A DNA stretch of 64,000 bases from an uncultured bacterium (GCA_963695335.1 OY968764.1:704001-768000), one strand, 5' to 3'. Numbered from the stretch's first letter, positions 50,486 through 61,543 are shown. Notes: a model not told the origin generated them from the sequence alone. Made by a program: numbers and translations.

Positions 50486-51274
50486 TTATTTTGAATTAAT
50501 TTGCGCTAAGAGATTTTTGCAAATTCCTCGTTGCGCGCAGTATTTTGCGAATGTTTTGAGAAAATTAGTAGTTGGTTTTGGTCTATCAAAATTCTCATCA
50601 TCAAGTCTTAATGGAAAAATTATATATTGACCGTCTTGTGAGTGAACAATGATATCTGTTCCTTGTTTATTGAAGGCAATCGTTGGATGTTCATCGCATA
50701 ATTCAAAGTTTGAGGGGATATTGTAGTAGGAGCCGTTGTTAGATTGGTCGTTTGGGTCTGATGGAAGGTAGGTAACATCTAAGTTAAGTTCTGGATCAAG
50801 ATTATAATCTACGTAAATAGTTGCGACTATATTTCCATCATTTGAGACAGCTAATTTTTGATGGAAGTCACCGATGATATTTTTATACATTTTTTTTTGA
50901 TTGGTTTTTCTATCAACAATACATATTTGTGGACGTGATGGTTCTTCATGTTGAACAAGGTCGTATTTGGGAAAATTTTCTTTTTGTGATGCAGCAACTA
51001 TTATATTATTTGGGCTATATGCAGAATATTTCTTGGAAAAATCAATAAAGCATTCTTCTGGCAATTGTCTTGTTGTTAATGCTCGAGTGCGTTCAATAAA
51101 TTCTTCTTTAAGTTCATAATCATGAAATGGCAAATATTGTGCCATACAGTTAAGAATATCAGTATGGCATGGTTTTAGATAAATAGGTACTATGGCATTT
51201 GTATTGTTTTCGGTTTCCATAGCATGAGCATGTATAGTTATGATGCTGAGCGTGATAATAAGATGTTTCTTCAT
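50486..51274 (-). CDS. Secreted protein, paralog of 49714
   Basis: AQYLPFHDYE..EFIERT, HPTIAFNKQ and C-terminal motif shared. Confidence 0.7.
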   Translation of the reverse strand: MKKHLIITLSIITIHAHAMETENNTNAIVPIYLKPCHTDILNCMAQYLPFHDYELKEEFIERTRALTTRQLPEECFIDFSKKYSAYSPNNIIVAASQKENFPKYDLVQHEEPSRPQICIVDRKTNQKKMYKNIIGDFHQKLAVSNDGNIVATIYVDYNLDPELNLDVTYLPSDPNDQSNNGSYYNIPSNFELCDEHPTIAFNKQGTDIIVHSQDGQYIIFPLRLDDENFDRPKPTTNFLKTFAKYCAQRGICKNLLAQINSK

Positions 51275-51289
51275 GGAATTCCTTTTTTT

Positions 51290-51331
51290 GAGCGCTCGAA
51301 GATACCCTTCAACAGGTTCAGGGCGAGCGCG
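51290..51331. repeat. REP family A unit
   Basis: gagcgctcgaagatacccttcaacaggttcagggcgagcgc. Confidence 0.85.
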
Positions 51332-51475
51332 AATAAGAATTAATTTAGGGATGAATTAGGTGTTGAGCGTAATTTTAGTACATGTATGATAAAAAGTCAC
51401 ACATTTCCTTTTGCTTGTTGCAATCTTTGGTACACTAAAATAAGAGACAAGATTTTAACTTTGTGAACAATAATT

Positions 51476-53209
51476 ATGAATACTCAGATCATTTCCGGTC
51501 AAAAATATATTTGGAAGATTCCAACCGTTGATCAGCAACAGGTTGCAGCGATTGCAGCAAAGTATAATTTATCATTTGCGGTAGCGCATATTCTGCATAC
51601 TCGTGGATTTAATGACCCGCAAAGCATTGAATCTTTTTTATTTAGTAGATTTGAAGACAGTGTGGCAGATCCGCGGTTACTGAAAGATGCGGAAAAAGCA
51701 GTTGATAGAATTTTACTTGCGATGGAAAAACAAGAGCAGATGCTCGTGTTTGGAGACTATGATGTGGATGGTATTACGTCATCTTCATTAATGATGATCT
51801 GTTTGTTGCCACTTGGTGCAAAGATTAACTATTTTTTACCCAATCGTGTTAAAGATGGATATGGGTTATCAACTAAAATAGTTGAGCGTGCTGCAGAAAA
51901 TAAGTATGCAGTGATTATCACTGTTGATAATGGAATCACCGCAATTGAACAAGCAGACCGTGCAAAAGAGTTGGGAATTGATCTTATTATCACTGATCAC
52001 CACAGACCGCATGCGCATGTTCCTGATGCATATGCAATTGTGAATCCTAATCAAGTTGATTGCGCGTACCCGTATAAAACGTTGGCGGGTGTTGGTGTAA
52101 CGTTTAAACTTCTTTCTTTATTGTATGAAAAAAAGGGATTGCAATTACCACCCAAAGCGTATGAGCTTTTATTATTGGGAACAGTTGCCGATGTGGTGCC
52201 TTTGATTGGTGAAAATAGATTTTGGGTGCGTCATGGGCTTAATTATATTAATAAGATTGAGAGTTTATCATTTAAGTTATTAAAAGCGAATGGTAAAGTC
52301 ACCAAGCCAAAACTTTCTTCGACTGATATTGGTTTTTCTATTACTCCACAAATTAATGCGCTTGGCAGATTAGAAGATCCACGCCAGGCGGTTAAATTTT
52401 TGATTGGTACTGATAAAAGCAATGCGGAAACTGTTGCACGTGTATTATTGGAGATGAATGAGGCACGTAAAGCAATAGAAAAATCGATTGTAGAAGAGAT
52501 AGAAGAGCAGATCAGATTAAAACATATTGATCTTGAAAAAGAGAATGTGATTATTGCTGCAAGTAAAAATTGGCCTGCAGGAGTTATTGGTCTTGTTGCA
52601 TCACGGTTTGTTTCTGCGTATGGTAAACCAACATTGTTGTTCCATTTAACCAAAGATGGCCTTGCAAAAGGTTCATGCAGATCAATTCAAGAATTTAATA
52701 TGTTTGATGCATTGACTGCATCATCAGATTTATTATTGCAATTTGGTGGGCATTCAGTTGCTGCGGGTTTATCATTAAAAATTGAAAATTTACCAATATT
52801 AAAGCAAAGATTAGAAACGTTGGTTGCACAGCAATTAACGCCATTTGATTTACAGCCTAAAATAAAAGTTGATGCGCACGTAGAACTTTCTGAATTAACT
52901 AAAAAATTTATTGATGATCTTGAGCATCTTGAGCCGTTTGGTAACAGCAATGATCAACCTATTTTTTACGTTAATAATGTGGTACAAGTGCAAAAACCAC
53001 AACTGCTTAAAGATGCACATGTAAAATGTTTTATGTTTGCTGATGGGGTAATTAAGCCAGTCATTTTTTTTAATCGCCCTGAGTTATTTGCATTATTAAA
53101 TGAACAGTATGAGCAACCATTTATTTTGGCTGCGCGTGTGACGGAAAATCATTGGCAGGATCGTGTGAATATTGAGTTAATTGGTGTTGATATAGCAGTG
53201 AAGGTGTAA
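51476..53209 (+). CDS. recJ: Single-stranded DNA exonuclease RecJ
   Basis: GDYDVDG, ITVDNG, TDHH, GTVAD, FGGH..AAG. Confidence 0.96.
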   Translation: MNTQIISGQKYIWKIPTVDQQQVAAIAAKYNLSFAVAHILHTRGFNDPQSIESFLFSRFEDSVADPRLLKDAEKAVDRILLAMEKQEQMLVFGDYDVDGITSSSLMMICLLPLGAKINYFLPNRVKDGYGLSTKIVERAAENKYAVIITVDNGITAIEQADRAKELGIDLIITDHHRPHAHVPDAYAIVNPNQVDCAYPYKTLAGVGVTFKLLSLLYEKKGLQLPPKAYELLLLGTVADVVPLIGENRFWVRHGLNYINKIESLSFKLLKANGKVTKPKLSSTDIGFSITPQINALGRLEDPRQAVKFLIGTDKSNAETVARVLLEMNEARKAIEKSIVEEIEEQIRLKHIDLEKENVIIAASKNWPAGVIGLVASRFVSAYGKPTLLFHLTKDGLAKGSCRSIQEFNMFDALTASSDLLLQFGGHSVAAGLSLKIENLPILKQRLETLVAQQLTPFDLQPKIKVDAHVELSELTKKFIDDLEHLEPFGNSNDQPIFYVNNVVQVQKPQLLKDAHVKCFMFADGVIKPVIFFNRPELFALLNEQYEQPFILAARVTENHWQDRVNIELIGVDIAVKV

Positions 53210-53211
53210 TA

Positions 53212-53898
53212 ATGATTATAACCATCGATGGGCCTGTGGCGAGCGGGAAATCAACGATCAGTCGAATTTTAGCCGATAAGTTAGAATATTATTATGTGTG
53301 CTCAGGTCTTATATACCGCGCAATTGCATATGTATTGGTTAATCATTATGGATATACGCCAGAAACATTAGCATCAGTGTCCGTGGAAGATGTTATGAAA
53401 TGCGCAGATCCAAAACGTTTACAATATAGTTATGATGGACTTTCGCAAGAGCGTATTTTTTTTGATCATGAAGATATCACCAGTTATTTAAAAGATAAGT
53501 TTGTTGATAATATTACATCGCTCGTGAGTGTGAATAAAGATGTGCGGAAAGCGGTAACAGCTTTGCAACGTGATATTGCAGATAATCATAACGTTATTGT
53601 GGATGGGCGTGATGTTGGATCAGTGGTGTTTCCCAATGCGCAACTGAAGTTTTTTGTAACAGCATCCGTTGCAGTGCGTGCAGAACGTTGGCGCAAAGAT
53701 CAAGAACGGTACAATAATTATGTTTCACATGAGCAAGCAGTTAAACTCATAACAGAACGGGACGAACGTGATAAAAATCGCGTTATCGCCCCGTTGATTG
53801 TTCCTGAAAATGCAATTGTTATTGATACCTCAGATTTAACTATCGATCAAACAATTGAAAAAATGATAAAATATATTAACCACGACGCATCATTCTAG
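53212..53898 (+). CDS. cmk: Cytidylate kinase
   Basis: IDGPVASGKST, DGRDVG.VVFP, ERDERD. Confidence 0.95.
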   Translation: MIITIDGPVASGKSTISRILADKLEYYYVCSGLIYRAIAYVLVNHYGYTPETLASVSVEDVMKCADPKRLQYSYDGLSQERIFFDHEDITSYLKDKFVDNITSLVSVNKDVRKAVTALQRDIADNHNVIVDGRDVGSVVFPNAQLKFFVTASVAVRAERWRKDQERYNNYVSHEQAVKLITERDERDKNRVIAPLIVPENAIVIDTSDLTIDQTIEKMIKYINHDASF

Positions 53899-54007
53899 CT
53901 TTAGTTGCTTTTTCCAGTTGTTTTTCTGATTTGCTTTTTTTTCGACAAGCGGGAAATACCAGTACAAGACTTAAAAAACAGAATATGATTATTACATTTT
54001 TCTTCAT
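53876..54007 (-). CDS. Small putative lipoprotein (43 aa; absent from the ORF track)
   Basis: MKKNVIIIFCFLSLVLVFPAC|RKKSK..., AGGGG RBS; same PAC box as 54352..54564. Confidence 0.5.
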   Translation of the reverse strand: MKKNVIIIFCFLSLVLVFPACRKKSKSEKQLEKATKARMMRRG

Positions 54008-54123
54008 GTTTTTATCCCCTCTTTTTTTATATATCCCTATGTGTAGTCTAAAGAATGATGTGTGATATTTGCAATGCTTATGTGGTAAATGACCAAGATG
54101 TGTTAATATTATTTGGTTTTATC

Positions 54124-54345
54124 CCGCTCGCCCTGAGTGTTCTGCGCAGCAGAATGTATCGAAGGGTGCGGAAACACAAAAAGCAATAAAAGAAAGATTC
54201 TAATTAATTTTGCACCCTTCGATACATTTTACTACGCTGACGCTACGTAAAACACTCAGGGCGAGCGGTGGGAATGCCGTAAAAAAGCCGCCTTTTTAGG
54301 GCGGCTTTGCAAATTCAATCCTTCGACGGGCTCAGGATGAGCGCG
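54124..54345. repeat. REP family A cluster plus terminator hairpin
   Basis: Inverted pair 54124-54169 / 54212-54268, hairpin aaagccgcc..ggcggcttt, unit 54318-54345. Confidence 0.8.
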
Positions 54346-54351
54346 AAGGAC

Positions 54352-54564
54352 TTAGAACTTGACGATTGATTTTTGTTCGTCAGTTGCTTCTTCCATTTCA
54401 AAAACTTCATTTTCCAATTCAATCATCGTGTTGATATCCCTATCCTTCGAAGCCTTGGTGTAGTAGGAGTCTCTAGATTGAGCTTTTTGTTTATTTTTTG
54501 TGCATGCGGGAGCGAATGTAAGTACTGTAACGCAAAGTATTGAAGCTAAATATTTGTTGTTCAT
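54352..54564 (-). CDS. Small putative lipoprotein
   Basis: MNNKYLASILCVTVLTFAPAC; GGAG RBS. Confidence 0.6.
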   Translation of the reverse strand: MNNKYLASILCVTVLTFAPACTKNKQKAQSRDSYYTKASKDRDINTMIELENEVFEMEEATDEQKSIVKF

Positions 54565-54610
54565 TGTGAACTCCGTTTTAGTAATGATTATGTTGATTTT
54601 ACTTTTTTTC

Positions 54611-54651
54611 GTGCGCTCGAAGATATCCTTCGACAGGCTCAGGACGAGCGG
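54611..54651. repeat. REP family A unit overlapping the lon stop codon
   Basis: gtgcgctcgaagatatccttcgacaggctcaggacgagcgg. Confidence 0.85.
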
Positions 54652-57147
54652 GTCGGAGTTTTTGTTTTCTTCGTTGTTTTTTTCTTTTTCATAGGTCTTT
54701 TGCCATCGCTACCTTTTTCACGAGTAGCCGCCTTTTTTCCATTTTCACTGGAATTTTTGCGAGCAGGTTCGAAAGGGTTTTTAACAAAGGCGAGCTTAAG
54801 CACTTCATCCATGTTGCTGACAAAATGAATCGTAAAGTCATCAAGAGACATCTCTTTTTTGATGTCTTGAACGTCATCAGCATTTTCTTGCGGTATAATA
54901 ACAGTCATGCAGCCATGTTGTTTTGCAGCAAGAAGTTTTTCTTTTAATCCACCAATAGCAAGCGTTCGCCCTTGAAGGGTTATTTCACCCGTCATTGCAA
55001 GATTAGGTTTTGTTGGATTATTGGTTAACACGGAAACTAATGCTGTGCAAATGGTGATACCAGCAGAAGGGCCATCTTTTGGTGTTGCGCCTTCTGGAAT
55101 ATGTAAATGAATGTCATTTGCTGAATAAAAGTTTGGTTTGAGTCCCAAATCTTTTGCGCGCGATCTGATATAACTCATAGCGGCTTGGGCTGATTCTTGC
55201 ATCACGTCACCAAGCTGACCAGTAAGCGTGAGCCCACCTTTACCAGTGAGAACTGATGTTTCAATTTCTAAAACATCACCACCAATTTCTGTCCATGCCA
55301 AACCGGTTGCGAGACCAATACGTTCTTCTTTTTGGCTCATACTTGTTTTTTTGTGTGTAGAGTTTCCAAGCCATTCAAGCACAACTGGTTTAGTTATAGT
55401 GTATGATTTAAGCTTTTCATTCTTGAGAACAAGCTGAATTGTTTTACGCATCAGTTTTGCGATAATACGTTCAAGTTGACGCACGCCAGCTTCTTTGGTG
55501 TATTCATCGATAATACTTAAAAGAAGTTCATCAGAAATAGTGAACTGTTTTTTTGTAAGGTTATACTCTTTTAAGTTCTTTGGAATAAGAAATTCTTTTG
55601 CAATGGCCAGTTTTTCTTGATCTGAATAACCAGAAAGATACACAATTTCAAGACGATCATAGAGTGCGTAAGGAATTTGATCCATCATATTTGCTGTTGC
55701 AATGAACATAACTTGCGATAGATCATATCCTGTATCAAGGAAGTGATCGATAAAATTTTTGTTTTGTTCTGGATCAAGAACTTCAAGCAATGCCGCTGCA
55801 GGGTCGCCATGCATATCGCGTGACATTTTATCAATTTCATCAAGCAAGATTACGGGGTTGAGTACGTTTGCTTTTTTCATTGCTTGAATAATTTTTCCTG
55901 GAAGTGCACCAATATAGGTACGTCTGTGTCCACGGATTTCTGCTTCATCACGCACACCACCAAGTGATATGCGAATAAATTCGCGCCCCATACTTTCAGC
56001 AATTGATTTTGCTAAAGATGTTTTACCCACACCTGGAGGGCCAACAAGGCAGATAACAGGTGAGCGGTGCAAATTTTTGGAGAATTTTTTTGCAGCAATG
56101 AACTCAACAATTCGTATCTTTTGCTTTTTTAAGCCCAGCATGATTTTTATCTAAAATAGTTTCCGCTTGCGTAATGTTAATCGTATCTGTGCTGACGTTT
56201 TGCCATGGCAATGATATAATCCAATCAATGTAATTTCTTGCCACAGCGGCTTCTGATGACATTGGAGGCATTTGCTCAAGGCGTTTCAGTTCGCTTTCAA
56301 CTTTCTGTTTTGCTTCTTTAGAAAGCCCGAGATTTTTAATTTTTTGACGAATAGCGGTAATTTCTTCTGATTGGTCTTCGCGCCCAAGCTCTTTTTGAAT
56401 CGCTTTCATCTGTTCGTGGAGGTAGTATTCACGTTGATTTTTATCAACTTGTGTTTGAATTTGCCCACGAATGCGCTGCTCTGTTTGGAGAATGTCGATC
56501 TCTTTTTCTAAGAAAGAGCACAATTTAAGTAATCTACGCTTAAGATCAGGTAGCTCAAGAATAGTCTGTCTATCTTCGAGTGTTAAACTATCAATATGAA
56601 CAACAATGGTATCAGCCATGTAATCCATATCCTGAACTGTTTTTACGCCACCAATCAGGTCAGATGGTACTTTATCATTGAAAGATGAATACGTGGTATA
56701 TAACTGTACTGTTTCACGCCAGGTTGCTTCCAATTCAATGGTAAGATTACTATCCGGAGTTGGAATATCTTCGTATACTGCTTGGATAAAGCCATCTTCA
56801 TGCTCTACAAACTGGGTTACTTTTGCTCTACAAAGGCCTTCAGCAAGTATTTTGAGTGGTCCATTGGGCATACGCATAACCTGTAATATGGTTGAGCGTG
56901 TACCATAGGTAAAGACATCATCTTTGGTTGGGTTTTCTGTAGCAGCATTTCTTTGGGCAGAAATAAAGAGCATGCGATCTGTTTTAAGCGCATGTTCTAC
57001 CGCTTTTATTGATATATCACGTCCAACAATTACCGGAATAATGCTTTTTGGGAGCATAGCTACATTTTTAAGAGGTAGAAGAGGGAGAGAGCCTATATTA
57101 AGCTCTGGTAGCTGATGTTGTATTTTTTTGATTCTTTGTTTTTGCAT
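54639..57147 (-). pseudogene. lon: Lon protease split by a 1-nt frameshift near 56115 (ORFs 56104..57147 and 54639..56141)
   Basis: N-terminal domain to HAGLKKAKD, then RIVEF...GPPGVGKT...PKDGPSAG in another frame; real mutation or sequencing error not distinguishable. Confidence 0.9.
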
Positions 57148-57437
57148 AGTACTTCCAGTTTTTCTTTATATTAAGGTAAAACTACTCTTTTTTAGAGTAA
57201 ATTATTGCCATTTTTTGTCAATCAAAAATAATTTTTCTAATTGTAAATGCTGTTCTTGGCTGTGTGGGAGATGGGGTTGTTGGAGGCGGGGTTTTTGCGA
57301 TAAGAGCCCTTTAAAAACTGTTTTTTATTGAATTTAGTAATATAATTTTTACAAATCATTAATCCTCTGCTAAATTTATGGTGTAAAGTCGGTCTTTATG
57401 GTAAATAATATTAATTTTATTCGGAAGGATTGCTCTG

Positions 57438-58796
57438 ATGTTGAAACGTCTGGCTACAACGCTTTGGGGAAATTTTGAAAGCAGAGAAGAGCTGCAGAAG
57501 TTTGGAATTCTGGCGCTGATTTTCTGTGGTATTATCGGTATCTACTGGGCATTACGCCCAATGAAAGATAGTATTTTTAATGCTATGATCGGTATGGAAT
57601 GGCAACCTTGGGCGAAAGTGCTTTCATTAGTAGTTATTTTTCCTATAGTAATTCTTTATAGTAAACTTGTTGATACGTTCCCGCGTCACAAGGTTTTTTA
57701 CTTCTTAACAGCTCTTTATGGCGTAATCGCATTGATTATGTTTTTCTGTTTTTCTGATGCTTCACTTGGTCTAGCAAATACCGTTAAAAGTCCGACACGT
57801 ATTCTTGGATGGGCATGGTATGTTTGGGTTGAAAGTTTTGGTTCATTAATGGTTGCTCTTTTCTGGGCTATTGTTACTGACATCACCTCTCCTGAATCAG
57901 CAAAAAGAGGATTCCCTCTTGTAGCATTATTTGGACAAGTAGGTAATATGATTGGACCAAAATTCCTTAATGCAAAAGCATTAGGCTTTTCTAACAGCGC
58001 ACCAGTTGTTGGTATTGTTTCTGGTCTTCTTTTCTTGGTTGGGATTCTATTCTGGGTGTTTATGAAAGTAACTCCAGCATCACAACTTAAAGGTTATCAT
58101 GCAGCGGGTGAATCTGAAGTAGAAGGTGAACCAGGGTTTTTTGAGGGGCTAAAACTTCTCGTTACTCAAGGTTATTTACTTGGCATTTTCCTTATCATTA
58201 CTATTTTTGAAGTAATCGTAACAGTTCTTGATTTCCACTTTAAAATGAGTGTTTCTACAGTATTCACCAGTGAAGCTGAAGTTGGAGCTTACTTAGCATC
58301 TTACGCAACAATGACTGGTGTTGTTTCAACATTATGTGTGTTGTTTGGCATTAATAGCATTCAACGTATTTTGGGTATGAGAGCTTCATTGTTAATGCTT
58401 CCTGTACTAACTATATCAGCAGTTCTTTTGATTTACTTTAATCCACAATCATTGTTGATTGGTTTCTGGATTATGGTGTTCTCAAAAGCAGTAAATTATG
58501 CATTGAACCAGCCAACATTAAAACAGCTTTATATTCCAACTTCAAAAGATACTCGCTATAAAGCACAAGCATGGATTGAAATGTTTGGTGGCCGTTTTTC
58601 AAAAGGCAGCGGATCATATATCAATACATTCCGTGCACCGTTGGTTGCTCAACATGGCGCGCTTGATGGTGTTACAAAGTTCTTGTTTGTTAGCTCAGCA
58701 ATATCGTTTGGTTTAGTTGGCGTTTGGTTGTTAGTTGCGATTTATGTTGCTGCAACATATGACAAAGCAATTAAAGAAAAACGTATTGTGTGTTAA
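57438..58796 (+). CDS. ADP/ATP translocase (NTT/TLC family)
   Basis: LRPMKD, FW......AKR.FP, K..NYAL..P....LYIP....RYKA..WI. Confidence 0.85.
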   Translation: MLKRLATTLWGNFESREELQKFGILALIFCGIIGIYWALRPMKDSIFNAMIGMEWQPWAKVLSLVVIFPIVILYSKLVDTFPRHKVFYFLTALYGVIALIMFFCFSDASLGLANTVKSPTRILGWAWYVWVESFGSLMVALFWAIVTDITSPESAKRGFPLVALFGQVGNMIGPKFLNAKALGFSNSAPVVGIVSGLLFLVGILFWVFMKVTPASQLKGYHAAGESEVEGEPGFFEGLKLLVTQGYLLGIFLIITIFEVIVTVLDFHFKMSVSTVFTSEAEVGAYLASYATMTGVVSTLCVLFGINSIQRILGMRASLLMLPVLTISAVLLIYFNPQSLLIGFWIMVFSKAVNYALNQPTLKQLYIPTSKDTRYKAQAWIEMFGGRFSKGSGSYINTFRAPLVAQHGALDGVTKFLFVSSAISFGLVGVWLLVAIYVAATYDKAIKEKRIVC

Positions 58797-58821
58797 TAAG
58801 GTTCATTATTGAGTAAATAAT

Positions 58822-58862
58822 AAAAAGCGTCTTCTAAAAAAAGTAATTAGAAGACGCTTTTT
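58822..58862 (+). terminator. Intrinsic terminator between the two NTT genes
   Basis: aaaaagcgtcttctaa...ttagaagacgcttttt. Confidence 0.75.
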
Positions 58863-58905
58863 GGTTCAAAACAACGTAAGATTCAGCAGAAAGGCTTTGG
58901 TTAGG

Positions 58906-60300
58906 ATGGTATCTAAAGTGACACAAATGGTGCGTGGGCTGTTTGATATTGAACCACAAGAGAGAATGAAACTCTTCTTTTTATCACTTCTTTATTTTCT
59001 TGTTGTAGGAGCATATACCGTAACTCGTGATTTGAAGAGCTCGATTTTCTTGGGTACTGTGGGGAAAGAGTATATACCGTGGGTAAAAGTTATTTCTATG
59101 TTGATGCTTGTTCCTGCAATTTTTTTCTATTCTCGTCTTGTTGATAAAATCAAGCGTTATCAGTTGTTGATTTTTTATAGTGTTTTGTTCGGTGTAGCTA
59201 ATTTAATTTTTGCATATTATATAGGGCATCCAACGATTGGAATTTTGAATACTGATGCACAGCCAACTCGTTTATTTGGTTGGTTTTTTTATTTCTTTGT
59301 TGAAGGATATTCGCCATTTGTGGTGAGTGTTTTTTGGGCATTAGCTAACTCTGTTAATAGTCCAGCTGAAGCAAAGAAAAATTATGGTTATATGGTAGCA
59401 GGTTCAAAGTTTGGGGGTATGGTTGCAGCAGCATTAGCCTGGTATATTTTTGGGTTAAGCGCTGAGTTGGTTAAACCATGTCTAACTCATGTTGAAGCGC
59501 ATCAGTTAATTTTAGTTATTTCTTCGCTCTTTTTGTCATTAGTTCCAATGGCTACTGTACTTTTTATAAAAAAAGTACCAGCACATTTGATGCATGGGTA
59601 TGAAGCAGCTTATAAGCTTGAAACGCAGAAAAAAGCTAAGCAAGCCAAGCCAAGTATGTTTGCTGGCCTTGAGATGTTTGTTAAATATCCCTATGTGCTT
59701 GGTATTTTTGGAATGGTATTTTTTTATGAAGTTGTTTCAACGGTACTTGGATATTTACGTTTAGGGGTTGCAGAGGCTGGTGCAGGGTCTATTTCGGATG
59801 TTTCTCGGGTGTTATTTGAAATAGCGTTTAAAGCACACTTTGTTGGATTTGTTATTTCTCTTATTGGTACTCAGGCATTGCTTGCTCGCCTTGGAACGCG
59901 CATCTGTTTGATGTTGATTCCGTTGTCTATGGGAGCGATTCTTTTTTATCTTATTTTTGAAACTTCCCCTGAGTCGCTCCGAAACGCCTTTGTTGTGTTT
60001 ACAGCGTTGAATTATGCATTTCTTGCTCCTGTTAGAGAAAGTTTGTATTTACCAACTATTAAAGAGATTAAGTTCAAGTCTAAGTCGTGGATTGATGCGT
60101 TTGGTAGTAAATTTGCCAAGACAGCTGGTTCTATGTTTAATGTATTTGCTTCAACAATGGGTGAAACATTTATGTTGCCTGTGCATTCTTTCTTTTTTGC
60201 AGTGATAATTGGTTTGTGGTTTGGGGTAACTTTTTTATTAGGACGTCGTTTTGAACAGGTAATCGCTAAAAATGAGGTTATTGGGGCAGAGGAAGAATAA
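58906..60300 (+). CDS. Second NTT/TLC-family nucleotide transporter
   Basis: TRDLK, FWALAN..EAKK.Y, NYA..P.RESLYLP..IKFKSKSWID..K; start uncertain (58861 in track). Confidence 0.85.
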   Translation: MVSKVTQMVRGLFDIEPQERMKLFFLSLLYFLVVGAYTVTRDLKSSIFLGTVGKEYIPWVKVISMLMLVPAIFFYSRLVDKIKRYQLLIFYSVLFGVANLIFAYYIGHPTIGILNTDAQPTRLFGWFFYFFVEGYSPFVVSVFWALANSVNSPAEAKKNYGYMVAGSKFGGMVAAALAWYIFGLSAELVKPCLTHVEAHQLILVISSLFLSLVPMATVLFIKKVPAHLMHGYEAAYKLETQKKAKQAKPSMFAGLEMFVKYPYVLGIFGMVFFYEVVSTVLGYLRLGVAEAGAGSISDVSRVLFEIAFKAHFVGFVISLIGTQALLARLGTRICLMLIPLSMGAILFYLIFETSPESLRNAFVVFTALNYAFLAPVRESLYLPTIKEIKFKSKSWIDAFGSKFAKTAGSMFNVFASTMGETFMLPVHSFFFAVIIGLWFGVTFLLGRRFEQVIAKNEVIGAEEE

Positions 60301-60446
60301 AAAAAATTGCAGTTTTTTTAACCCCATTTCCATTGTATTTCAATGGGGACCCCGGTTAGGAAAAGAAAAAATATAGTATGCATTGCAATTTTCTAGAGTT
60401 TTGTTACACTTTTTATGAATGAAATAAAAGTATAAAGGATGTTTGG

Positions 60447-61262
60447 ATGAGAGATTTTAAAGAATTGTTCGGAGAATTGGTAAAAGCAGGCGTTCATTTT
60501 GGTCATCAAAAATCACGTTGGTGTCCTAAAATGGAGCAATATATTTGGGGCTATAAAAATAAGGTACATTTGATTGATGTTTCCAAAACTGCTTTCCAGT
60601 TGGACAAATCAGAGAAATTCTTAGAATCAGTAGCTGCTGAAGGCGGAACTGTGTTATGGGTTGGTACAAAAAAAGCTGCGGCAGACAGTATTGAAAAAGT
60701 TGGCCGTAAATTAACTCAACCGTATGTGAATCACAGATGGTTGGGTGGAACATTGCTTAACTTTAGCCAAGTTAAAAAATCTTTAACAAGATTGCTTCAT
60801 TATGAAGATATTTTGGCAAAATCTGAAAGCAATCCTTTCTACACTAAAAAAGAACTTAACTTATACAGAAAAACAGCTGATAAGCTTGAAAAAACAGTTG
60901 GTGGTATTAGAAAGTTAGCATTGCCAATTAGTGCGATTGTTATTGTTGACGTAACTAAAGAGCAATCAGCAGTTAAAGAAGCTGTTTTGATGGGTGTTCC
61001 TGTAGTTGGTATTGTTGATACAAACTCAGATCCTTCATTAGTCGATTATGTAATTCCTGCTAACGATGATTCTCCGCAATCAATTAATTTAATTTTAGGT
61101 TACCTTGCTGATGCCGTTGCTCGTGGTAAAGAAAAAGCAGCACAAAATGCAAAAAATGCGAGTGAAGCTCAAGTTACTAAAAAAGGCACTAAAGAGCAGG
61201 CTACTCAAGAAGCTCCAAGTGATGTTGAAATAGCATTGCAACAATTGGATGCGCAAGAATAA
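60447..61262 (+). CDS. rpsB: 30S ribosomal protein S2
   Basis: AGVHFGHQ, VGTK, RWLGGTL.N, VDTNSDP, IPANDD. Confidence 0.97.
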   Translation: MRDFKELFGELVKAGVHFGHQKSRWCPKMEQYIWGYKNKVHLIDVSKTAFQLDKSEKFLESVAAEGGTVLWVGTKKAAADSIEKVGRKLTQPYVNHRWLGGTLLNFSQVKKSLTRLLHYEDILAKSESNPFYTKKELNLYRKTADKLEKTVGGIRKLALPISAIVIVDVTKEQSAVKEAVLMGVPVVGIVDTNSDPSLVDYVIPANDDSPQSINLILGYLADAVARGKEKAAQNAKNASEAQVTKKGTKEQATQEAPSDVEIALQQLDAQE

Positions 61263-61270
61263 TTCCTCTT

Positions 61271-61362
61271 GGAGAGGTGTCTGAGTGGTTGAAGGAGCAT
61301 GATTGGAAATCATGTATGTTTCGAAAGGGGCATCGAGGGTTCGAATCCCTCTCTCTCCACCA
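61271..61362 (+). tRNA. tRNA-Ser (GGA)
   Basis: ggagagg...tctctcc acceptor stem, ttGGAaa loop, long variable arm, GTTCGAATC, CCA. Confidence 0.95.
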
Positions 61363-61482
61363 GTCTTCGTTGCTGTGCAACTTCGTCTGGCTTCGCCAAT
61401 AAATGAAGATTGTGACAGAAATAAACATTGAAATTGTGTAAAGAAGACTGTCCGACGTAGTTCGGTAGAACGTAGACGGACT
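61363..61482 (+). repeat. tRNA-linked bipartite palindromic element, copy 3
   Basis: gtcttcgttgctgtgcaacttcgtctggc...gaagactgtccgacgtagttcggtagaacgtagacggact. Confidence 0.9.
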
Positions 61483-61543
61483 GCGCCAAGTTTGAAATAA
61501 AGAAATAAATCAAAGTGGCTCACAAGTTGCTTTGGGTAAAAAT

